DNA of 64,000 bases, from the NCBI GenBank assembly GCA_022813965.1, contig JALDZS010000003.1:1-64000 (forward strand), written 5' to 3'. A model generated the notes under the pieces. The model searched no databases and was not told the origin of the DNA. It saw nothing but the letters and a program-made list of their open reading frames with translations. Made by a program: the position numbers and the translations under genes. Below, piece after piece: positions 50,183 through 63,031 of the stretch. The stretch is from Toensbergia leucococca (lineage: Eukaryota). The number at the start of each line of letters is the position of its first letter. The first letter of the stretch is position 1.

Positions 50183-51587
50183 GATTCTTTGGTAGACTAA
50201 TGTTCGCAAAAAGGTTGTAGGTTGCAGACGAGGCTGGAAAGCTAGTCTCTCAGCAGTATGCCAAGAACAAAAAAGGCCACACCATTGTCTAAAGGAACAC
50301 TCGTGAGTATATACCCTAGTTCCATAGCAGCTTGTTCAAGCCTCAAGGACCAAGCTTACAGCTGAGAGGCTTTGATTGATCAGGTCTTACTTTATATGAC
50401 AGTTGTGATCCAGTACGGCTGAGACTAACCACACAATGGCCTGCATAATGAGGCAGCCAATCACATTGTGCCATTCACCTTATCGAATCCTGATGCCTGG
50501 TCTAATACACAAGCTGGATGTTGACGCTGATAAAAGAGACAATGCTTTTGCTGGTGACCTAATCTAAGTTGAAGGTTTTAACACTGGTACATTTGAGAGA
50601 CAGGCGACGCGGACAAGCGAATTTTAGAAACGCGTCTCCTCTCTGGTCTGGCCTGAAATACATTTCACAATGACAGTATTTGTACGATTCATATGTACTG
50701 GACATAAGCGGGGAGCCGCCGATGCTGCTACACAGGCCAAGAAGAATTCCGAGTTTCTTTTATTGGAAGACTCTAGGATTGTAGGAAGGATAAAACCAAA
50801 AAGAAAAAAAGAACTGAGTGAAATTCTGGGGCACATGAGATGGTGGCAGCAGTATTGAGCCTTTCCCTCACGGTCTGGACTAAATCTCAGGCTACTTGAC
50901 CACTACTAATGCACATTTGGTTGTCCAAAAAAGGAGTAATGATACAGGTAGGTAAATACGCTATCTCACAAGGTATGAATGAATCAGATAGCCTTAGTAA
51001 TATTGTCAAGAGAGCTCAAATGGAATAGACAATAATACAACAAAATTGAATAGATATGAATCATACAAAGAAAGGCATAGGCCGTCTCTAGGTATTCTCG
51101 GTTTCTAGGCAGCTATCTCGGCTAGATATGATTAGCGCAGCCCTAAAGCTAAGAATCGCCCCGACCCCGTCCCCGATGGGCCTGATTGGCCCGACTGCGA
51201 CATCCCGTCTTCTGCTCCTACCACGCTTAGAACCAGCATTGTTAACGCCCACGACGCCTCGTGCTTCGAGACTGGCGCCGACGACGCTTTCCACAACCTT
51301 ATACTCGTAATCCATCGAAGAATATAAGCACTAGTACGGATTAGGAAGATGATAACGACGACCAAGATGCCGATCGTGCAAAGCTCTCCATATTCGTGGA
51401 TTCTACAATTAGCTCACTTCTAGAACCGACGAGCTTATAAGACTCCATCTCCGAGCCCCCTCTTCTACTCTTGACTCACAATTGCCTCCCTACGACCTCT
51501 TTTCTCACATCAATCTAAAGAAGCCGAACACAACTCATCCAAAACTTCACTAAATTAAAATAATCCCAAGCCAACCCACCCTCCAGA

Positions 51588-52424
51588 ATGTCCGACGCCC
51601 CCAAACCAACCCTCGCCTTCTTCGGCGCAACAGGCGGCTCCGTGGCAGCCTGCCTGTCTCTGTCCCTCAAAGCAGGCTACACCTGCACAGCCCGTGCGTC
51701 TCGTTCCCCCACCCCAAATCCCCACACCCTTCAATCCCACTAAACCCCACCCACAGTCGCCCGCACCCCCGAAAAGCTCCAAAACCTCCTCCTCGCCACC
51801 TCCATCCCCGCCTCCACCCTCTCAGAAAAACTCACCATAATCCCCGGCGATGCCCGCTCCCTCCCCGACATAAAAGCCACCCTCGCACCCGCAAACGGCC
51901 CCGCAGCCTCGACTATAATCTCCGGCCTCGGCACTCCCCCGCCAACATCCGGCCTGCACTTCCTGCGCGACCTCGCCGCCGCAGACTGGACCATCTGCAC
52001 AACCACCATGCAAGCGATCCTGACGGCGCTGAACGAGCTCGCGCTACCGAAACCCCCACTGCTGGTGCTCATGTCGACGACGGGGATCAGTGCCGGGCCG
52101 AGAGATATCCCGTTGTTATGTTGGCCCCTGTATCATTATATGCTGGCGAAGCCGCATGTCGACAAGAAGGCCATGGAGACGATGGCGGGGGAGGCGGTGG
52201 GGAAAGGGGAGAAGAGTGTCGAGGGCGGGGTTGTGATTGTGAAGCCCAGTTTGCTGACGGATGGGGTGGAGTTGGGGACGAGTGTTGTGAGGGTGGGCGT
52301 GGAGGCGAAGCCGGCTGTGGGGTATACGATCAGTCGGCGGGATGTGGGGAGGTGGATTTTCGAGGAGATTGTGGAGAAGGGTGGGCGGAAGTGGGTTGGG
52401 GAGAAGGTCAGTATTACTTATTAG
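51588..52424 (+). CDS. NAD(P)-binding Rossmann-fold oxidoreductase (flavin reductase/atypical SDR-like)
   Basis: TLAFFGATGG, one intron near 51684-51756, IIPGDA, MSTTG, PHVDK, VKPSLLTDG, GYTISRRDVGRWI. Confidence 0.88.
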
Positions 52425-52879
52425 AGGCTGGGAAATATATGGGAAGGTCGGGTGTGGGAAAGGTAGCGGGCACTTTAGGTCTTCATATTGTCAGGCAGTA
52501 CATTTCCTCGGCTCATCTAATATGATAAGCCAATTATTCTAATTCCCATGGTAACGACCAAACAACACCTATCCAATCAAGATCCGAAATCCCAAAAAAA
52601 CCCTTCCCCAAAAACCGACTCACTCTACTCCACTCCATCATCACCACCAAGACCAAAAAAATTTCAAATCCCCTGAACCACCCCCCCAAACCCAAAAACA
52701 CACAGCTAACCTACCATTTATAACCACATCAACAATAAATCTCAGAACACACAACAAAAACAACAACAAAACTCAAATAGCCCCCATTTTCCTCGATACT
52801 AGCCCCAACCCCAAACAGACGTATACACACAAACACGCTTGTTAAAGATGGGTTTGAAGTGGGCGAGGTAGGACGCTTG

Positions 52880-54200
52880 GGCTAGGGGTTAGAATTGGGG
52901 ATTGAATTAATCCGTTCCGAAGTAAGAGGCTTTAGGGAGGCGATTGCGTCTCGAAGCGCGATGATTGGTCGCGGCAAGGACGGCAGATAGCCAGCTCGGA
53001 TTCTAATGTGTCTGGACTTGGTGTGATGGAGGTTGGTAGATCGGTTATTTGCTAGCCTCTCCATCTTCAGGACACATACTCTGCGTTTCTTTACCGCTTG
53101 TCTTATCTGTTGTAGGGATAGAATGGCGTTCCTTGGCCAGTATGTTACATACGTTTTTGGCTAAACGTTTCCATCTCCAAGACGTAGTAGTGCAATGAGT
53201 CGAGGGCTACATGGTACTTTGGCGAATAGTGCGAGTGTCCTGTTTCCATCTTCAGGACGCACTCTTTGCTTTCCGTACCTGGGAGTAGTGGACTTGACTT
53301 TGGCGACGATGTCATCAGTTTGGATTTGGGCTGGGGGGTTGAAGGACTAGAAGACTTACTCTTACGACCCATTTCAGGCCGACCTCTTTTGCCCTTGGGC
53401 TCTCGTCAATCAGCACCATTTCTCAGATGAAACGCTCGACGCTGAAGGCCGAGATGGTCCGAAAATAGGCTGGATCTCAAAACATAGGAGAGGCTTTTGA
53501 TCTTGGAGACTGCTTCTATCTCTAGGACGCACACTTTGCGTTTCGTCACTGAAATAATGGACTTGGCTTTTGACTGCAAGTTGATCAATTCGGGTCTGGA
53601 AAAGGGGCATTGATGCGTTAGAAGACTTGGCACCACTTCTTGGATGAAATGCTCTTTAGAATCTGAGACGTTCGAGATCTCAAGAAGATATGTTAATAGA
53701 TACCGTGCTTCAGTATGCATGAAGCCATCATACCTTCGCATATATGGAAGAAATGAAATCTCACTCAAGGGCGGAGGTTAGGGCTGCCGCACATTGGTTC
53801 ATCTTTTAGCCTTGGTAGGCTTTGGTTGCGTGCTTCAGTATAAGAAATCTCACCCAAGGGCAGAGATTGGGGCTGCCGCATATTCAATCCTCTTTTAGCC
53901 TTGGTAGGCTTTGGCTGTCTTGAATTGCACCATTTCTAGTATGTCCTTTCCGACGACGTTTGCGCAGGCTTTGAGGCACTTTGAGGTAGCAAGGTGCTAT
54001 GAAGACTGTAATTGCGGCAGCTTGGGTGATTCAACAATTTCAAGGTCATCATCCTCAGAGCTTGATCCTCTTTTGACCGCTTCAAGGCAATTCAAGCTTT
54101 GGAAATTCCTCGGTAGGTCATCAATATATCACTGATTTAGACTCAGGTCTTAGAATTTCCTTGATAGCTGCTTGAGACCCTTCACCATCACAAAGGACTA
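52880..54200 (-). pseudogene. Degenerate, internally repetitive coding-like region
   Basis: Short broken minus-strand ORFs share a CVL(K/E)(M/I)E-like motif at ~53061, 53171, 53246 and 53516. An 89-bp-period duplication lies at 53750-53895. Confidence 0.4.
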
Positions 54201-54269
54201 GAGCTTGACTCATACCGTCGGAGAGCGTGAATGTATCATCATCCTCACTGTGCGGAGTGGATTCAAAGG

Positions 54270-54689
54270 CCTCTTTCAACCTAAATGAAGTTACTGCCTT
54301 GTTGTCACCTTGCTTCTCTATACTTTGCAGTTGTTGAAGGATCCTTGCTCAGGATTTGTCCTCAGCATAGCCTTTAATAAGTTTGATTTTGAAATCATCG
54401 CTCATTTCAATCAACGAAGTGTTGTAAGCGTGAAAAACATCCAGTTCATCATCCATGCTTTCACTTTTTTAGAACTGGCAAGGCGGGACAAGGCGTCAGG
54501 CACAATATGCAGTTTGCAGGGTTTGTGACGGACATTGAGCTTGAACCTTTGCAAGTATTCCGAAGCCCTTATAAGGCAAGGGTTTTGTTTTTCCATGGCT
54601 GACATGGAAAGGGTCCGCTGTTTGGCGATTCCGACCGCCGGCGAATGATCCGCGAAAATAGTAGTTGACTTTTCTGAGGACTCCACCAT
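54270..54689 (-). mobile_element. Ty3/Gypsy LTR-retrotransposon pol fragment (RNase H C-terminus and linker), degenerate
   Basis: IFADHS...LIRASEYLQRFKLNVRHKPCKLHIVPDALSRL matches the Gypsy RNase H pattern TDH...PGK.N..ADALSR. After a frameshift it continues DELDVFHAYNTSLIEMSDDFKIKLIKGYAEDKS*ARIL. No LTRs seen. Confidence 0.85.
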
Positions 54690-55401
54690 GGGCGCGCTGA
54701 TGAAGAGCCCGTATACGGCCTCTGCAATCGGAAAGAAAATTTAATAGGCATGGGAGGTCCGTGAACCTTCCGAATATAGGAGAGGCTTATGGTCTTGGCG
54801 GCTGAACCGTTTGATCCAATGGGAAAGTATCGATACCGAGACATCAAAGTGACAGTGTTATAAATGACCAGGCGGATGAGATTGAAAATTGAAAGGATTG
54901 CAGCGACAGGAATGTCGTTATGTTTGATGTCGGACTTCAAACGGTCCAGGTACTCGGTCCTCTGCTCAAGAGGCTTTGTGTTTCTTGCCGCCTATCTTAT
55001 CTACCGTGTAGCAGGATGGTGTTGCTTGATGTTGTCAGCTTCAGAATGTTGAAATAGATGCAGTCATTTGGTTGCCATAGGCACGGCTCTGTAAAAGAAC
55101 AGCCTAGGAAGGTAAGATAGAGGATATGTCAGCTAGGAAGACGGCGCTGACGTTGCGAGAAAGTGCCTCGTCAGCTCCTCCCAATTCGTATCTGCAAAGA
55201 ATGAGGAGGAAGTAACTAAGGTGAGCATAATATCTGCTCGTTGGTAAACATCAGTATATGGAAAGTGGAGAGAGGACTTTGTTGCAGTTGTAGAGAAAGA
55301 CTTCTTGACACGAAAGACTATCAAACATTCCTGCCGGGTACGATTCTAGAATTTTATCTTGATCAGTACGTATTTAGAATCCCCAATGGTGAATCTATGA
55401 T

Positions 55402-56029
55402 GGGAATTACTAATCCTACACCCCATTTTGATACATTTACACTCCCCCCCCACCTAGTGCCCGAGCGCAAAGTTTCATAGGGAAACATCGTGATTGCACA
55501 CCACATTTGCACTCAATTCCCTCATTAATTTTGCATGCTATCTACCTCTCAATTCGCGTACTAGTTGGTAGTAGTGTTATCTAGGGAACCTATGTGGTTT
55601 TGCGCCTCAATTCTAACCCGATTTTCCACCTCATTCTGACTTGATTTTCCACCCCATTCTGACTTCACTTCACACCTCATCCATCCATCCATCTTACCTA
55701 CTCACCTACCTAAGGTACCTACCTATCTACCTCCTCTCCTCCCTGCCTATCTGTCTGTCTAGTCATCTCACTAACTGCGGCCACAAATCATAAATGATAA
55801 ATCGCGATGTTTTTGCGCCCGGGGGTGGGGGAATTGAGACAGAATGTGGTACCAAAGCATGCGGTTTCACTAGGTAATTTTGCTTCTAAACGGTACGCAA
55901 TAGAGGTAGAGAGTGAAGTGCAAATGTGATATGAAATCATGAGTTTTCCCTCAGTGATCTTGCGCCGGGGCACTGTTGAGGGGGGGAGGTGTAGATTTAT
56001 CAAAATGGGGTGTAGGATTAGTAACTCCC
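55402..56029. mobile_element. Non-autonomous TIR DNA transposon (MITE), 628 bp, same family as 17645-18612
   Basis: TIR GGGA(A/G)TTACTAATCCTACACCCCATTTTGATA with imperfect inversion extending over ~110 bp. Perfect 8-bp TSD TCTATGAT at 55394-55401 and 56030-56037. Confidence 0.93.
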
Positions 56030-56916
56030 TCTATGATTCTCGTATCTGAATGAACATATATAGTGGTATACTTCACATGCGTAGTGGACGTAAGCGGAGA
56101 AGAACGGAAAAATTCAGACCCAGTATGGGGAACAGATCCTGGGAAGGTTTCATGAGGGAACCGGTATTTTGTCAAAGGGAAGAGACTCAGGTGTGCATAA
56201 ATGAAGATCTCCAAAAAAAAAATAAAAAATAGCTTTGCACCTCCCTTAGGCCAGAGATTCCTCCTCAAAGAGAGAGCACTGTTTCTGCTCTGAAACAACC
56301 AGCCACGACTACTTTCTTGTTTATCAAAAGTGTCTTGGTTCTAACAGATGGGGAGAATCAGTGACATCGAGAACAGACAAATTTGCAGTCTAGTTCTTCC
56401 GTTAACGCAGAGGTTCTTTATGACTGTGTAGTAATCCAAGATATACATAGGAGAATACAGTTCGGATAGTAGAGAATGTAACCTGCACAAGCCCTGACAC
56501 TTTTCATCCGACCTACCTCTATGCTAAAGTAGTGTCTCGGCGTCGATGTGACGCGCAATTAATTCAGCCCAGCCTTGCTTTCCGTTCTGTCATCTGTTGC
56601 ATCTACACCAAGACCAAGGCCTCTCTCACAACATCTCTGTCGCCGGGATAGAGAGCCTGAGCCTGATCTCTTACGGCAAAAGGGTCTTATTCAATGTTCT
56701 AAGAGAAGGACCGTGTAAGTCATAGCCAGATCTCGTTAGCTGTTCTCCGAAATGCATTTCTCTTTTTATGATGACACAAATTAAGCATCTGAAAAGTTCT
56801 GAAGATACTTTCACAAATATGAATCGTCTGATAGGATCGTGACTGTCATAGGAATATGCTTATATCGTGTTCGAGGAAGTTCATATACTGACCAGCTTCT
56901 ATGTTCCTAGGTTACA

Positions 56917-57786
56917 TCACCACCATCCAAAACTTCCATCGAAAGCAAACTCATCGAGCTCGTATCCAACGTGTACTTTCTCAAAGCTTGGGACAGTCCC
57001 AGGCTGATAGTAAGCGAGAAGTGTCTCCATATCTTCTTCGTCCATTTCCACTAGGTCTTCTAAGCTCCATGACTCGCAAACTTTCGACATCCTGAGAAGC
57101 ATGAGTAGTGTCGCTCGAGGAGTAGAGGACAACGTACCACTGCATTCTTTTTGGGCCTTCGTCTGTGCTGGGGGCGACTCTTCTCAGCTTCTTCCTCAAC
57201 ATCCCAACCTTCTGTACGGCGGCCCCTATGTTGCTTGGCAAATTGGCAGCAATCTGCTTCCGTACAATGCTGGCCAGCTTCGGGCCGTTACCGTTGGTGC
57301 TGACCATAATCTGGAGTGGTCCATCTCGGTGTACACTGCCAAAGTAGAAATCGCACTCTGGGGGTACATCGGCAATATTGGCGGCTACCTTTTTCTCCTT
57401 GCAGAGCTTCCATATGCGCGTTGAAGCCTCCGGGTCATCAACGGCCGTCATCACCATGTCCGCTCCGTCGAGATCTGAAGGCTCAAACTTTCTGTCCACA
57501 TATTCTACCTGTCCAAGATCCACTCTGTATGCGACTTCGTCATTAAGTCCTTCTCTTGGCGAGACGACAGTAACTTTAGCATCGGCGTTGAGTACGTTGA
57601 GTATCCGCCCTGCTGCCACCTACGATTTAGTCAGTTTGCCACGCAAAAATATCTCTTGCCGTCATCATTGTAAATGGAATTGGAAATCACCTCTCCCCCT
57701 CCTACCACAAGCACTCTTTTGTTCCTTATCTGCCAGGCGAGTATCAATGAGCCACCGCCCTGAATAGCTGGAAAGTCATTTGGCAT
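56917..57786 (-). CDS. MET8: Precorrin-2 dehydrogenase/sirohydrochlorin ferrochelatase (siroheme synthesis)
   Basis: GGSLILAWQI, VLVVGGGE|VAAGRI, AVDDP, NIADVPPECDFYFGS, LQIMVSTNGNGPKLA, RMQW. Two introns. Confidence 0.92.
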
Positions 57787-57949
57787 GGTGTATGGAAAGA
57801 TAATACTTCACGTGTGAAGCAGGTTGTTCCTTCAGGATCGCATTACGTACTAGCGTGCTATCAAAGAGCAATGCCGCGTCGGCCCGGATTCGATACAAGC
57901 ATGCAGCTCAGAACATCCTCTCATCCTTCATGAAGGACGGCAGAAGAGG

Positions 57950-60200
57950 ATGTCGTCTCGAAAGCTCGGAGGCGGAAGAGTGCTTGGGAGTGGCCGATCT
58001 CTTTCGCCAGCTGTAGCAGCTTATCCTCAGCGGAACTCGAGTCTGATTTCACCCTCGGAGAGTTCGCTTTCAGTAAACTCCTCTATCTCTACCTCGACCG
58101 AAGCTCAAGACATAAGTTCTCGAATCTCGTTAGATCATAGTGATGGAAGGCCAGCTTCAAACGCCGCAACTTTGGGGCTTGTCTGTCCAATATGCAATGA
58201 GCAGATGGTTAGGCTAATCTTATTTCTCGGGAATCATATACTGATACGAGACTAGGTGACTTTACTGCAGCTGAACAGGTACAACAACCTTTTACGTCAC
58301 AGCTATACTATGTATGCTGAATGACCGGTAGGCATCTAGACGACGATCATAAGAACCTCGAGGAGGTCAAACAAGACGAAGTTAAGGATTGGTTCAAGAC
58401 CCAGGTGATCAAGGCCAAGCGGTTTCAGCCTCTGGCAGTCCTCAATCAAAAGCTAAAAGGCCTTGACGTTTTCGAATCCAATGATACGCCCCCATCACCT
58501 GGTTTACCTGCGTCCTCCTCGTCGAACCCCCAAGTCTTGCGACCGGACCCTGACGAAGTAATTACAAGATCACATTGGCAAAGACATGGACCAAATGACG
58601 TGTGCTCCGAACCAATGTGTGGGAAACGACTCTCTGCTGCAAACGGAAATGTCAATTGCAGGAAATGTGGAAAACTATTCTGTGAGGAGCACACTATGTA
58701 TCAGATGAAGCTTTCAAGGTCGGCTCGACATGAACCCGTGCGAGGCATTTGGTGTAGAGTATGCGAGACATGTTATAAGTCAAGGGAAGGATACAATGAT
58801 CATAATGGTAGGCTAGTGAATGAGAAGTCTTGCACACTCTTCAATACTTGAGCTGATGCTGCGTAGGCCTGGAGCGGGATCATACTAAAAATTTCAGCCA
58901 GCTTCGAAGCAAAATAGTAGACAAGACGTTTCTGGAAGTATCACGCTTGGAAAAACGTCTCACAAAGCTCACGCAACTTCTAGCCAATTCACAGGCAGAT
59001 CAAACTTCCGCCAATAGCGGTCTTCTGTGGTCTTTGGCAGGGAACAAGAGCCAAAAGAAAATCCTAGAGCAGTCTGTAGTGACCTGGGAAGATGATGCTA
59101 GCGTTTTGCACTGTCCTTTTTGCCAGCAGGAATTCTCGAATTACTCGTTCCGGAGGCACCATTGTAGACTCTGTGGCCGCGTGGTTTGTGGTGATCTTCG
59201 TACAGGTTGCTCCAGCGAAGTCGGATTAAATGTTGCAGCAAGTAGGTCAAGACGTCTCCTTTAAATCGTAGCAGGCTGACATCCCTAGCGACTAATGAAA
59301 CGACAGAAAAGGCTGTCGGGGAAGTCAATATAGACGTTCGAATGTGCAGAGACTGCAAGAGTACCGTTTTTAGCAAACGGGATTTTGCGGCTAAAATTGC
59401 AACGAAACCGCCAGACTCTAGAGCATACGAAAACCTCATCCAGTTTGAGAAGGGGATAAGACTTTTATTGCCCAGGTTCCAACGACTCCTTGAAGCGTTG
59501 CAGTGGGCATTCTTGGTACACCAAAGTGCGTGTCGGTACTAACATGATACAGAGATCCAGACAAGCCGCCATCCCCAACTCAGCTCGCCGATGCCTCAAA
59601 AGTTCGCAAACGGCTAATAGATTCCTTTTCTCAGTATAATGTTGCAGCCCGTCGTGTTCGTGATCTTCCTACAGAATCGCCCACTCAGCAGCGACTCCAG
59701 AAAGCTATATATCAGCAGGCTACAAGTTTTCTTCACATTCACATGCTGCCGTTGAAATCTTTACCGAAAGTGCTCAAGCATGCTGTGCCTCATGGCTCAG
59801 CTTCGAATGGATACCTCTCTCCTAGTATTAGGCCTACCAGTGCTCTTGCATCGATAAAATTCAACGATATTGATGCGAGATCCCAGGCGAGTAGCAGTAG
59901 TGCTGTGTCTGCAATGGAATCCGAAGAAAAGTCGCTCCGAGAAAGACTGATAGTATTGGAGGAACAAAAGTATCTTGTTTCTGACATGTAAGATTGAAGC
60001 AGAGGCATGGTAGATTCATCAAACTGACTTGTTCCAGGATCGCGGACGCGAACAAGCGTAGAAAATTCGACGAAGTCAGCAGCTTAGCTCAGAATGTAGA
60101 AGACTTGAGCAAGGAGATCGATCAAGTTCAAGGGCAGCTAGGACAGCTTGATTTTGCTGGTGTGTACGGAGGGCGATCAACGGACGCTCTTGGATTGTAG
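57950..60200 (+). CDS. PEP7: Vacuolar segregation protein Pep7/Vac1 (rabenosyn-5-like; C2H2 + two FYVE-type fingers)
   Basis: CPICNEQM|VTLLQLNR|HLDDDH, NCRKCGKLFCEEH...RVCETC, WEDD...CPFC...RRHHCRLCGRVVC, C-terminal EVSSLAQNVEDL Rab-binding helix. Confidence 0.92.
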
Positions 60201-61964
60201 CGACTTGATGATATCTGGCGTCTCTATTGGTACTGACATTTAGGGAGCGAGGGCGTCTGTCAGGGGGCAATGGTGGCATATTGGGCGTTCTGTGGGAGGC
60301 ATTTACAGGTGCAAATACCTAAGGTATAGGAAGCGTCCCTGATTTTTTTGACATAGGTACTCTGTTCAATAACTCAAGTACATTAAGGGGACTGGAGGTG
60401 GTTCGAAATAGGTCTGATATTGATATCCATCCTCAATATTAATGATAACACATTTCATTTGTGCGCATACGGTTCACATTCCATGCTGGAAAGGCTTTTG
60501 AAAGAGGCTGAATGCATTTTGACAACCCTCTAGTCTCTGTCAATGTATAGCATACCCTTTGAAGCTGATTTATCCATTATAAATCTATCAGAGTCACTAT
60601 TTCTGATAGCTTTTGGAACAATAGTTGTGGTATGTTCAAAACTTGCCAGGCTTTTATTACCCTTGTCCGCGCTGGCTAATGGGGATCCTGCCTACGTAGT
60701 TCATCTTTTTAGACAAGATTTTTTCTTCTTTGATATGCAGAACAATAATAACATTTAGAACAAAGCTTGAAAGAATGGTCCTTTGTGTACGTACCTAGTA
60801 TCAGATTAGCCAAAAATTGCACGAAGCTCAGAGCGGCAAGTTTTCCTAAGTATATCTCTAGGTTTATCTTATGGTCTCGCTCATGATGAGGCCGTGGTCC
60901 ACAAATCAAGATGTCAATCTGGACACAGAGACTGTACCTGGTAGTGATAGAGAGCATGTTGAAAAGGCAATGTGTTGATGCTTGTAAGCAATAGGGACTA
61001 AGCGATCAAATGATCCTGTGTTCCAATAAACGCGCGGCTCGGAACCTGGCTCGTGTCGTCCAAAATTGCTTCTTTCTCCACACTTCACGATACCGACTTC
61101 CTCTCATATATTGATACCTCCTCGCCTGGAAGAATGAATGAGGCATCTTACGATGCAGACAGAGGGTTTGGCGATAGAGAAATTGGGAGCATACCCTGTC
61201 AACAGCACCTAGCACAAGACAGATTCATCACAATCGTTCAGCTAATGAACCTACATTATCTTGTCTGAACGCGCTTACGCCTATAACTGTTGAGCGTTCA
61301 TCACACATTTTCAATGCAATTCTCACAGACTGGATGTCATTTGCTCATTGTGTAGGCGGAAACTTAGCAAGAGTGAACACAACTTGTTCATTAGGACAGC
61401 CTAAGCAACAGCCCGTGTAATCTTTGTCAGTATACAGTCACGTTCTATGAGATGCTGGCTTATTAAAGCGGCAAGGAATGAAGCACACCATACCAGAAGC
61501 GCCGGTCAAGAACTCTCTTCGCCTCTCTTCTAATTTTAGCAGCATTGTAGTCCGCGTCTCAATGATTTTTTGAAAGGTCAACATCTTGTAAGATTCATTG
61601 TCTTAAAAATGATCCTACTTCACGTCATTGTGGAATTCATTGCTTTGTTAGATGGTTGTGGTCTTTGTTATTGTGAATACTGTTGTTCCCGATTCATGGT
61701 CTTTAGTATCTTGTTTCATTGTAAGTCACTTTGTCAGGGCATATGCTATATAAGCTAGCATTTACCCACCTTCAGCGCATCAGAACTTCAATACCACAAA
61801 ATAGCAACAGACTAAGTCAAATTCTTCTTATCAATCCCTCCTTCTGCGAAGGAACCAACTTCTCCATCTTACACATCTTTATATTACCTCAACAAGTCCA
61901 TCCACAGCTAAATCCACCATACCTGAGCTATCGCAAGCCACCATAATTTCACCAATTCCATACG

Positions 61965-63031
61965 ATGAAGCTCACAACTCTCATCCAAGTACTCCTCACA
62001 GTTCAGCCCATCCACTCTTACGTGCTAGGCCAGCCCTTACCCAAGGCCCCTGTCGACCACCTTACGCCTATCGAAGACTCAAACGAAAGCCCTGCGCCCA
62101 CCATTGCTCTCTCGGACCTCCCCGAGCGCGATGAGCCCAGCTATTCAAATAAAGGCTACTTTCCTCCCCCTAACCCGAACCAAAAGCCGCTGACTCCTTT
62201 CGATCCTTGGCTGTCGGTTAAGCCTTCTGCGCGGACTACTGTTACTGAACACACCACTAATCATATAGTCTATACTACTACTACTCTTGGTGAACACTCC
62301 ACTACTCGTATAATCTATACTACTACTACCCCTGGCCCCATCATTATTACCCCTATTGTCTATTCTACTACAACTACTCGGGCCCCTGCTGCTCCCAGCC
62401 CCGCTGCTCCCAGCCCAGGCACGTGCACTTACCCACCAAATCCAAAGACTGTCTGCACCTTGGCGTAAGTTCCCCCAGTTGGAATTTTGTTCCTCATTCC
62501 CCTCCCCATACGTGAATAGCAACAGGACTAACGGATGCTTACAGAAATCAAGGAGAAGGCATGACATGTAATTGCATCGCCGACAGTGGACTATCCACGA
62601 ACAAGCCAGCAAGTCCCCTCAATGGCAAAAATGGTGACAATGGATGGTGCTGTGAAGGCCCACCACCGTCAAAGAATTCGGCCCAAGTCGTCCATGGTCG
62701 GTCACGTCATCTACAAGCACGCCGGGCTGTGGGTGCATTCCCGGTCCCAGCTCGTGAGCCTGACCGTGATGAAGGCTTGATGAGCGAGAGTGCGGAATCA
62801 AGACAGCCTGTGAAGAGAGATGACTCCAAACCGTCACCAACTCCTGTCGAAGACGCTCAACGTCGACCACCCCACCCAGAAACGCATAGACATGATAGCC
62901 CGACCTTAGCCCCATCTCCAGCCCCATCACCATCTCCCAGTGCCTGCGCTCCACTATGGATAGTGTACGATGGGCAACTTACGGAGAACCCAGCCTGCGT
63001 TGTTCCATCGACAAACTATGTTGGGGTTTAA
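61965..63031 (+). CDS. Predicted secreted Pro/Thr-rich, Cys-containing protein (2 exons, ~328 aa)
   Basis: Signal-peptide-like MKLTTLIQVLLTVQPIHS. Intron 62465-62544 (GTAAGT...CTAAC...CAG) joins the two ORFs in frame. Thr-rich repeats and 8 Cys. Confidence 0.75.

Noticed and set aside
27000..56000. Starship-like giant element explaining the accessory region
   Set aside because: No DUF3435 tyrosine-recombinase captain gene or element boundaries were recognisable in the window.
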